64,000 nucleotides of DNA from the NCBI GenBank assembly GCA_022783665.1, contig JALFZJ010000052.1:1539-65538 (forward strand), in the 5' to 3' direction. The notes below the pieces were generated by a model that saw only the letters and a program-made list of their open reading frames with translations, was not told the DNA's origin and did not search any database. Shown here in pieces: positions 27,571 to 35,415 of the stretch. Each line of letters starts with the position of its first letter. Position 1 is the stretch's first letter. The DNA is from Arcanobacterium sp. (GTDB lineage Bacteria; Actinomycetota; Actinomycetes; Actinomycetales; Actinomycetaceae). Both the position numbers and the translations under genes were made by a program.

Positions 27571-28533
27571 GTTCAGCTCGAAGACACTCAACAAAATGCT
27601 CAAAAACCGCGCCTACCTGGGCGAGTACGTTTATGGCGAGTACGTTCACGAGGACGGGATGCCTCGACTCGTGGACGATGAGACGTTTGAAAACGTCCAG
27701 CGCCGGTTCGTCATCAATAAGCGACTTGGTGCGAAGTCCAAGGCTGAGATTGATGCTCAAGGCGAAGAGGCGCCGGATTACTGGCTCACGGGAAGGATGT
27801 ACTGCCGCAAATATGGAGCCCCGATGGAGGGGGGGTAAGCGGCACCTCGAAGACCGGCAGGAAATACAGGTATTACTACTGCCTGAACCAGCGCAAAAAG
27901 AAGTGTGACGCGAAGCCTGTGCGCAAAGACGAGATCGAGCTGCGGATCGAGGAGATCATCTCGTCCTTCCTTGACGATCCCGAGATGCTCGCCTCCCTCG
28001 CCGTGGACATGGCAGATCACTACCGCAAGACTCACGGGCAGGGTAACGAGGTCCTGAAGGCTCTGGAAGCCCGCAGGAAAGACGTTGAGATGAAGCTGGG
28101 CAACTTCGCCAAGGCGATTGCGCAGGGCATCTTCAATGAGACCACAGCGGCGGCTATGAGATCGCTAGAGGATCAGAAACGCGAGTTGGATGATGCGATT
28201 CAGACTGAGAACGTCCGTACAGCTCTCTTCGAGGATGAGGCCAGCATCGGTGCGTTCTACAAGGGGTTCGCGAAGGCCACGCTCGACACTGTGGAGACTC
28301 GCGATCAACTCTTCGAGTACTTCATCGACAAGATCTACTTGAGTAAGGAACAGATCGTCGTCGTCACGTACTACTTCGATTCTGTGAAGACCTTTGAGGT
28401 AGGCGACCTTGACGAGGCACTCGAAAATCTGCACGAAAACGGGGAGCTGCGAACCTTCCCCCGCGCAAGCAGGAGAGAGTTCGACAGCTCCCCCTTCAGT
28501 GGAGATGCAGGGAATCGAACCCTGGTCCGATAA
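27569..28533 (+). pseudogene. large serine recombinase (phage-integrase type), lacking the catalytic N-domain and frameshifted
   Basis: Recombinase-domain block KTLNKMLKNRAYLGEYVYGE, zinc-ribbon region YWLTGRMYCRKYGAPMEG / GRKYRYYYCLNQRKKKC, and a coiled-coil tail. The frame breaks at the G7 run 27829-27835. No resolvase domain or Ser nucleophile is present. Confidence 0.65.
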
Positions 28534-28873
28534 TGCAAAACCCAAGTCTTCTCCGGGTGCAGTTTGCTTGGCGTTGTTTTCGGCTCGGGCACTCACGCAA
28601 ACAAGTCACCCACAAACCTAGTTAGCTAAACGTCGCTAACGGGCCGCTAACGCTCCCGATTGCCAGTGGCTTTCGAAAACGACGCCACGAATCTCACGTG
28701 AAAGCACCGTGAGTGTGACGGACTCCTTTAAATGCGCTCGCTCAGGCGGCGAGGGCGAAGTCAGACTTCTGCTTGTTGGCAGTTATTAGTTCACACAGAT
28801 CGTTTAAGAGATGACTGTGCATCCTCTACCCGCTTCCCTTCGGCAGTCACTACCGTCGAAACCGATCATCCCC
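28498..28873 (-). ncRNA. ssrA: tmRNA (SsrA)
   Basis: The 5' GGGGATGATCGGTTTCGAC pairs with the 3' ...GGTTCGATTCCCTGCATCTCCA acceptor/T-arm. Tag ORF GCC AAC AAG CAG AAG TCT GAC TTC GCC CTC GCC GCC TGA (28780-28742) encodes ANKQKSDFALAA. Located immediately downstream of smpB. Confidence 0.85.
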
Positions 28874-29006
28874 ATATTCAGTTGTTAAACAACTAAGCCC
28901 TGACGACGTCTCTGCGCGCCATAGCTTTCACACGATACCACCTATTCGCCCCGCGCACAACCACGCCCCCAACACGGAGGGGCACAGCTCATGCTAAAGC
29001 AACGAA

Positions 29007-29546
29007 TTAGTATCTCATTTTCTTGCGAGCTTCGCTCATCGCCCGCGCTGCCTCACGATCAGCTTCTCGGCGCTTGATCGACTCACGTTTATCCCAATCT
29101 TGCTTGCCGTGCGCGAGCGCAATCTCAACCTTCACGCGTCCACGAATGAAGTACAGCTCAAGTGGTACCACCGTCACACCCTTATCGCGTACCTTGAATT
29201 CAAGTTCGCGGATTTCGTCCTTGTGAAGAAGAAGTTTTCGTTTGGCGGATGGCTTATGGTTCGTCCATGACCCCATAGCATAGACGGGGATATTGGCACC
29301 GACCAGCCACGCTTCGCCACGGCGATCGAACTCAACCCATGCTTGGCTTAAGGAGGCGCGCCCCGCTCGCAGGGCTTTTACTTCCGTGCCGGTCAAGGCG
29401 AGGCCGGCCTCGAATCTCTTATCGATAACATAGTCGTGCAGAGCCTTCTTGTTGCGAGCAATCGTATGCTTCGCATCGGCCTCTGCCTTCGCTTTTTGGG
29501 CAGACGTCAGCTTCTGGGCAGCTCGTTGCTGCTTCATCTTCGCCAT
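29007..29546 (-). CDS. smpB: SsrA-binding protein SmpB
   Basis: NKKALHDYVIDKRFEAGLALTGTEVKALR core. Lys/Ala-rich N-terminal extension of about 25 aa. Confidence 0.9.
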   Translation of the reverse strand: MAKMKQQRAAQKLTSAQKAKAEADAKHTIARNKKALHDYVIDKRFEAGLALTGTEVKALRAGRASLSQAWVEFDRRGEAWLVGANIPVYAMGSWTNHKPSAKRKLLLHKDEIRELEFKVRDKGVTVVPLELYFIRGRVKVEIALAHGKQDWDKRESIKRREADREAARAMSEARKKMRY

Positions 29547-29781
29547 ATGTCTACCTCCTTTGGTCTCTACCGTGGACGACGCGCATCGTCACTCAGCAAT
29601 CACACGACAATCACTAAGTATCTCGGCGCCGCACGCCTGAGTTCTGCTGCTCTACCATACACATGTGGCACACCTCGAAGGGTGCGTGCCGGATAACTCG
29701 TCCATCATAAAACGAGTTCCCATAGCCCACCTATCTTACGGATGCGCCTGCCGATAAGGCAAGCGCCACGCACGCGAACGC

Positions 29782-31095
29782 CTAGAACCCTGGGAGCGTC
29801 ATTGGGTTGATCACGGCGCCGTCACGCCACACCTCAAAATGCACGTGGCATCCTGTTACCCGGCCAGTTGCGCCTGTGAGTCCGATGAGTTGACCCTGCG
29901 ATACACGTTGGCCGGGGCTTACCTTAAATGCAGAAAGGTGCATATAGCGCGTCACCCACGAGTGCCCGTCCACAATTCCGTGGTTGATGGTCACCATATT
30001 TCCACCCGTGCCAGCCCATTGTGTACTCGCCACGGTACCTGCACCCGCAGCGGTCTGTTGTGCCCCACAAGCAGACTGGAGGTCTACACCGTAATGCAAA
30101 GCACGAGCACCCGTCACGGGGTGGATTCTCCACCCCATCGGGGAATTCACTTGAAGCGGGCGCGGGATCGGAGGCTGAAGCCAATAGCCCGTATTACCTG
30201 CATTGCCGCCCGCTGGCGGCGTAGCGGCACCTGATCTAGCCCTCGCCGCAGCGGCAGCGGCAGCAGCCTTTCGGTTTTCTTCGTCAATTCGGGCAATTTC
30301 AGCGCTCAGCTTCTGCTGCTCGGCCTGGACATCGGCAATCGACTGTTTCAACGCACCTTGCTGAGCTTCAAGCGCCGCAGACTGCTCCGTCAAAGACGCC
30401 TCGAGAGCCGTAAGCTCATCCTGCTTGGCTTGAGCCTCGGCCTCAATCTGCGCCTTGGTCTCGACGAGCGCATCGGATTCTGCTTTGAGCTCAGCCACTC
30501 GCTGCTCCACCGCTTCCTGGCGTGCGCCTTGGTTCTGCGCTTGCGCGGCACTTTGTTCAAAACGCGTCAGGGCCACACTCTGTGTACGAGAAAGCGCCTC
30601 ATTAGCTTGATAGGCATCGAGAAATTCGTCTGCAGAAGAAGTGCCGAAAATGAGTTCTATGGCAGACGGCGTCACCTCTCCACGGTATGACGCACGGGCA
30701 AGCTCTCCTAAGGATTGGCGCGTTTGAGCTGCCTGACTCTCGTTTTCGTTCTTAACGTTTTCGATGTCTTCGAGCTCTGACTGAGCCGCGGCCAACAACG
30801 CTGCTTTTGCTTCGGCTTCACGCTGGGCAGCCATGAGTTCATTGGTAGCATCAGCAAGCGCCTGCTGTGCCGCCGGTATTTTACCGCGCGTCTCTTCAAG
30901 GGAAAGATACGCCTTTTGGAGATCTACATCTACTCCCTCGAGATCGGCACGCAAATTAGATAGGCGAGATTCTTCTTTCTGCTTCTGGTTGACGAGGTCG
31001 TCGCGCGACGCAGCCTGCACATCGGCATGTGGCAGCGTTATGCCTAAGCACAGCGCCACAGCGGCAGCGGCAACCGATAGTATTCGATTTTTCAT
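29782..31095 (-). CDS. secreted coiled-coil M23 metallopeptidase (EnvC/PcsB-like partner of FtsEX)
   Basis: Signal peptide, a coiled coil of about 270 aa, and a C-terminal LytM domain with HYGVD (HxxxD) and HVHFE (HxH) intact. Directly downstream of ftsX. Confidence 0.8.
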   Translation of the reverse strand: MKNRILSVAAAAVALCLGITLPHADVQAASRDDLVNQKQKEESRLSNLRADLEGVDVDLQKAYLSLEETRGKIPAAQQALADATNELMAAQREAEAKAALLAAAQSELEDIENVKNENESQAAQTRQSLGELARASYRGEVTPSAIELIFGTSSADEFLDAYQANEALSRTQSVALTRFEQSAAQAQNQGARQEAVEQRVAELKAESDALVETKAQIEAEAQAKQDELTALEASLTEQSAALEAQQGALKQSIADVQAEQQKLSAEIARIDEENRKAAAAAAAARARSGAATPPAGGNAGNTGYWLQPPIPRPLQVNSPMGWRIHPVTGARALHYGVDLQSACGAQQTAAGAGTVASTQWAGTGGNMVTINHGIVDGHSWVTRYMHLSAFKVSPGQRVSQGQLIGLTGATGRVTGCHVHFEVWRDGAVINPMTLPGF

Positions 31096-31136
31096 CAGCG
31101 CATCACCATCCGATCGTACCTTCTGCTGTATCCCTC

Positions 31137-31175
31137 TACCCTACAATTACCCTACAATCCGCTCTACCCTACAAT
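31137..31175. repeat. three copies of the 11-mer TACCCTACAAT upstream of the M23 peptidase gene
   Basis: Copies at 31137-31147, 31148-31158 and 31165-31175. On the coding (minus) strand this reads ATTGTAGGGTA, which contains a TAGGGT TANNNT-like hexamer. The palindrome CATGCGC-TT-GCGCATG is adjacent at 31181-31196. Confidence 0.5.
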
Positions 31176-31245
31176 CAGCTCATGCGCTTGCGCATGCGGG
31201 TTGCCAGCCTTCGTCTCACGCGTCTTTGCACTCGCCCATAGTAAC

Positions 31246-32154
31246 TCACACGCGCGTGTACCGGCGCAACGCTAAGAAGGAGGCCAAAGACGCCACGATA
31301 ATCGCAGTGATGATCAGCCACGGGGCAATCCAGAGCACATCGGTACCACTCACCACGCGCACCCACGAGGTGGAGAACCACTTTTGGATGAAGTATTCAA
31401 CTACCACCCACAGGCTCAAAATCGCCAGCACAGCGCCCACGAGAGACGCAATAATCCCCTCGAGCATGAACGGCGCTTGAATCATACGGTTTGAAGCGCC
31501 AACGTAGCGCATGATTTCCGTTTCATTTCGCCTAAACATCGCAGATAACCGGATCGTGGAGGGTATGAGCAGCATTGCCGCCAGAATCATCACAACCGCC
31601 ACAGCTCCTGCCGCGTAGGTGAAACGGTTGAGAGTCCTAAACAATGGCTCAAGCTGGGCGCGCTGATCCTCCACAGTCTCTACGCCGTCTCTACCCTGTA
31701 ATGCCTCAGCGACAATCTGGTACTCTTGCGGATTCACAAGTTTGATACGGAATGAAACCTGCATTTCGTCTTCCGTCATCGTGCTCGCCCAGACGGTGTC
31801 TGCAAACTGTTCCTGGAATGATTCAAGAGCGTCAGCTTTGGATTCGAAATACACCTGGTCGATATATTTCGCCATTTCGGGTGAATCGAGGTACGCCTGC
31901 ACCGCATCGATCTGCTCTTGAGTGGCTTCGCCACCTGCGCATTGGGCACGCACCGAATCCTGCGGGCACATAAACGCAGAGACCTCAACTTTGTCGTACC
32001 AGTCGTCTTTCAAATCGTTGATCTGCCACTGGAGTAAAATCGCTGCGCCGATAAAAAGTAGGGAGACGAAGGTAACGAGCGTTACGGAGAAAGCCATCGC
32101 AAGATTGCCCCGAATGCCTTTCCACGTCTGTGAAAGTATAAAGCGCAATCGCAT
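31246..32154 (-). CDS. ftsX: cell division permease-like protein FtsX
   Basis: 4-TM topology with a large extracellular loop. 1-nt overlap (32154) with the ftsE stop. Confidence 0.85.
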   Translation of the reverse strand: MRLRFILSQTWKGIRGNLAMAFSVTLVTFVSLLFIGAAILLQWQINDLKDDWYDKVEVSAFMCPQDSVRAQCAGGEATQEQIDAVQAYLDSPEMAKYIDQVYFESKADALESFQEQFADTVWASTMTEDEMQVSFRIKLVNPQEYQIVAEALQGRDGVETVEDQRAQLEPLFRTLNRFTYAAGAVAVVMILAAMLLIPSTIRLSAMFRRNETEIMRYVGASNRMIQAPFMLEGIIASLVGAVLAILSLWVVVEYFIQKWFSTSWVRVVSGTDVLWIAPWLIITAIIVASLASFLALRRYTRV

Positions 32155-32843
32155 CAGTGAGTACCTCCATAAGCGCCGCGTTCTTGGTCTCGCACCACTC
32201 TGCCATCAACAAGTTCAATCACGCGTTTGCGTAGCTGATCCACAATGTCGTGGTCGTGCGTTGCCATCACTACGGTTGTGCCCTGCTTGTTGATCCGATC
32301 GAGCAAGTGCATAATGCCAGACGCCGTCTCGTAGTCCAGGTTCCCGGTTGGCTCGTCCGCCAGCAGGAGTTCGGGGCTATTGACCATCGCGCGCGCAATT
32401 GCTACACGCTGCTGTTCCCCGCCCGAAAGCTCATGCATTCGCCGTCTTTCCTTGCCGTTGAGACCCACGAGTTCTAGTACACGTGGCACTTCCTTCTTGA
32501 TGGCGTAGCGGGGTTTACCGATCACCTGCATGGCGAGGGCGACGTTGTCGAATACGTTTTTGTCGTTCAAGAGGCGGAAATCCTGGAATACCGTGCCGAT
32601 TTTGCGCCTCAACAAAGGAACGCGTTTAACTGATACCTGTGAAAGATCCTTGCCCAACACATACACTTTGCCCGATGTGGGGCGTTCTTCTGCTGAAATA
32701 AGCGAGAGCATCGTAGATTTTCCCGAACCCGAAGCGCCCACGAGAAATACGAAGTCGCCCCGCTCGATGTTGAGCGTCACTTGGTCGAGCGCAGGAGCCG
32801 CTCCCTTGATATACAGCTTGGTGACATTTTCAAAATTAATCAT
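32154..32843 (-). CDS. ftsE: cell division ATP-binding protein FtsE
   Basis: Walker [10 protein letters not shown], signature LSGGEQQR and Walker [13 protein letters not shown]. Confidence 0.9.
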   Translation of the reverse strand: MINFENVTKLYIKGAAPALDQVTLNIERGDFVFLVGASGSGKSTMLSLISAEERPTSGKVYVLGKDLSQVSVKRVPLLRRKIGTVFQDFRLLNDKNVFDNVALAMQVIGKPRYAIKKEVPRVLELVGLNGKERRRMHELSGGEQQRVAIARAMVNSPELLLADEPTGNLDYETASGIMHLLDRINKQGTTVVMATHDHDIVDQLRKRVIELVDGRVVRDQERGAYGGTH

Positions 32844-33054
32844 CTATCAGCACGCCTTGAACCGACTTTAATTCAGTCTCCACCCTAAGGGGTTTGCGCC
32901 GCTGTGATCACATGACGCGCCGAACCGGCAGCAATGTGAGCCAGGACGTTCACGAACACCGTGCCCATCGGATACAACACAACACAGCACCGCACAGGCG
33001 TCTGGATCATACCCAATGACCAGTATCGTACCCAATGACCAGTGTGCTCTGTGT

Positions 33055-34191
33055 TCACTCTTCGTCTTCGTTGTGATCAAGTGCGTAACGCCAGCGAATG
33101 CCTGCGTCGATAAAGCCGTCAAGATCGCCATCGAACACAGAATCAGTGTTGCCAACTTCGAAGTTGGTGCGAAGATCCTTCACCATCTGATAGGGATGCA
33201 ACACGTATGAACGCATCTGATCCCCCCACGAAGCCTTCACGTCGCCAGCGAGCTCTTTCTTCTTCGCATCCTCTTCCTCACGCCGTTTTTGGAGCAGTCG
33301 AGACTGCAAGACTCGCAGCGCGGCGGCACGGTTTTGAATCTGGGACTTTTCATCTTGCATCGAGACGACGATTCCGGTGGGAAGGTGCGTCATGCGTACT
33401 GCGGAGTCGGTAGTATTCACGGATTGCCCGCCAGGGCCAGAGGAACGGAACACATCGATTCTCAGATCAGATTCTGGAATGTCAATATGGTCGGTCGTCT
33501 CAATGAGCGGGATTACTTCAACTGCAGCGAAGGAAGTCTGGCGTCTGCCCTGATTATCGAAGGGCGAAATACGCACGAGACGATGTGTACCCGCTTCCAC
33601 TGACAGCGTGCCATAGGCGTAGGGCGCTTGCACCTCGAATGTAGTCGATTTAATGCCTGCTTCCTCGGCATAGGAGGTATCCATCACCTTGGTTGGGTAT
33701 CCGTGGCGTTCAGCCCATCGCAGGTACATTCGCTGCAGCATTTGTGCGAAATCTGCCGCATCCACGCCGCCTGCTCCCGAGCGAATCGTGACTACCGCAT
33801 TGCGTTCATCATATTCGCCGGACAGCAGGGTTTTCACCTCGAGATCACTCAGTTCCTGGGTGAGTTTCTCTATTTCTGTTTCAGCATCTGCATACAGCTC
33901 TGCCGCAGTGTTAGGGTCACTACCCGCCTCTTCATCTGCCATTTCGATGAGGGTTTCAAGGTCTGAAACCCTGCTTTTCATACGCTCGATACGATCAAGC
34001 TCGCTCTTCGCGTGAGAGAGTTTAGACGTCACAGCCTGAGCCGCTTCAGGGTCATCCCACAAATCGGGGGCCACCGATTCTTGCGTAAGTCGGTCGATAT
34101 CGGCTGCAAGTTTGCGGACGTCCGTCACTGCTTCGATCTGCGAGAAAGTATGCTGGATGTGCTCAAGTTCGCTGCGATAATCAATTGCCAC
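33055..34191 (-). CDS. prfB: peptide chain release factor 2
   Basis: [11 protein letters not shown] (GGQ) and SPF-region context RISPFD. Continuous ORF without a frameshift site. Confidence 0.9.
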   Translation of the reverse strand: MAIDYRSELEHIQHTFSQIEAVTDVRKLAADIDRLTQESVAPDLWDDPEAAQAVTSKLSHAKSELDRIERMKSRVSDLETLIEMADEEAGSDPNTAAELYADAETEIEKLTQELSDLEVKTLLSGEYDERNAVVTIRSGAGGVDAADFAQMLQRMYLRWAERHGYPTKVMDTSYAEEAGIKSTTFEVQAPYAYGTLSVEAGTHRLVRISPFDNQGRRQTSFAAVEVIPLIETTDHIDIPESDLRIDVFRSSGPGGQSVNTTDSAVRMTHLPTGIVVSMQDEKSQIQNRAAALRVLQSRLLQKRREEEDAKKKELAGDVKASWGDQMRSYVLHPYQMVKDLRTNFEVGNTDSVFDGDLDGFIDAGIRWRYALDHNEDEE

Positions 34192-34215
34192 GTTTCCTTA
34201 GTTTACGGCATCGCC

Positions 34216-35268
34216 ATGTATTTCTTAAGCCGAGTGTGTGGAGGAAATCTGGCTGAGATTCCGATATATAGTGTAACCGTGAAAGTAACCTCGCTCCATC
34301 TCGCCGCGATAGCTGTCGCTGCAGTTCCAGACCTCGAAGTTGTAGCCATCCGCCCTCCGCTTTTTCGCACGCCAGATTTTCAGTTTGCTGGCGTGCTTGA
34401 TGCTAATGGCAAGCACTGGGTGGTGCAGTATCCTCTGCATGCAGGTGCTGGCGCCATGATTGAGGCAGACGGCGCTGTGGTGGCTTCTCTCGCTCAGGAG
34501 CTCGCAGCTGGGCACTTGCCCTTCGATGTTATTCACCCTGCAGGTTATGCACAGGTGAAAGAAGGGCGCGCCCAAGTATTTCCCGAACCTATCGGCAAAA
34601 CCAAAGATTTCGTAGGGCTAACGCAGACGGACGCCGAAGAGCTGGGCAGCGCTATCGGTGCGATTCATTCTCTACGCACCGAGGTTTTGACACGCGTAGG
34701 AATGCCCTCATATTCTGCATCTCAGTGGCGCGAGCGCTTGGGTACTGAATTAGATGAACTTACCGGCGCAGCCGAGATTCCTGCGCTCTTGGAGAAGCGT
34801 TGGCGCTCCGTGCTCGATGAAAGTACCCTATGGGAGTTTAAGCCCCGAGTGCTTCACGGCGATCTCGCAGCAGACCGATTTTTGTGGTCTCAGGGCAAAG
34901 TCTCATGCACAGTCGGTTTTGGAGATGCCCATGTAGGTGATCCCGCCGAGGATATCGCAGCCATACTCGGCGCTCTGAGTGACGATCTCACGGACCCTTT
35001 TCTCAGCTCTTACGAGGAGATCATCGGCGGTGACCTCGACGACGCTTTTTTCGAGCGAGCATCCTTTATGGGTGAATTTGCTCTCGCGCGGTGGATGAAC
35101 TTCGGTATTCGCACCGCCGACGAATCGATTATGAGCGATGCTCAGACGATGTTGCGCGATCTATCCGAGTCTTTAACGCCGCGTGCGGAATTTGAGTTTG
35201 AAGTTGAAGATACCTCGGACGTGCTTCCCGCGAGCAGCGCCAGCTTTTCAACCAAAGACCCCCTGTGA
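34216..35268 (+). CDS. phosphotransferase-family protein (APH/choline-kinase-like fold)
   Basis: Catalytic-loop-like LHGDLAADRFLW and GFGDAHVGDP. The start is uncertain (ATG 34216 or GTG 34279). The ORF-track start at 34012 overlaps prfB. Confidence 0.5.
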   Translation: MYFLSRVCGGNLAEIPIYSVTVKVTSLHLAAIAVAAVPDLEVVAIRPPLFRTPDFQFAGVLDANGKHWVVQYPLHAGAGAMIEADGAVVASLAQELAAGHLPFDVIHPAGYAQVKEGRAQVFPEPIGKTKDFVGLTQTDAEELGSAIGAIHSLRTEVLTRVGMPSYSASQWRERLGTELDELTGAAEIPALLEKRWRSVLDESTLWEFKPRVLHGDLAADRFLWSQGKVSCTVGFGDAHVGDPAEDIAAILGALSDDLTDPFLSSYEEIIGGDLDDAFFERASFMGEFALARWMNFGIRTADESIMSDAQTMLRDLSESLTPRAEFEFEVEDTSDVLPASSASFSTKDPL

Positions 35269-35415
35269 CTCGTACCGCCTACACTGGCGCAATGAGTAAC
35301 GCTGACACAATATCTAACGCAGACGCTGTGAAACCAATACGACGCTGACGTGCCGCCACCGTGTAGATAGACGCCAGCGTCGATCGCGACGAGTGCAGCT
35401 GCGATTACTACAACG

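Noticed and set aside
25310-28500. Direct-repeat att sites duplicating the ssrA 3' end at the left edge of the island
   Set aside because: Scanning by eye for GGGAATCGAACC-like sequence found only a weak GGGAATCAAC at about 25463. Serine recombinases leave no long duplications, so the absence is uninformative and no att site is claimed.
31137-31175. Possibility that short intergenic repeats (31137, 20801, 21446, 9934, 4989, 33010-33043) are CRISPR arrays
   Set aside because: There are only 2-4 copies of 8-19 nt units. The spacing is irregular or far too short to hold CRISPR-sized spacers, and no cas genes are present. These are not CRISPR.
33055-34191. Programmed +1 frameshift in prfB
   Set aside because: The RF2 ORF is continuous from [11 protein letters not shown]... 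through the GGQ region, with no early in-frame TGA or CTT TGA site. Frameshift-independent prfB occurs in some bacterial lineages, so nothing here is unusual.
34012-34215. Upstream part of the phosphotransferase-family ORF
   Set aside because: It overlaps the 5' end of prfB on the opposite strand. This is an alternative-frame artefact, and the start was moved to 34216.
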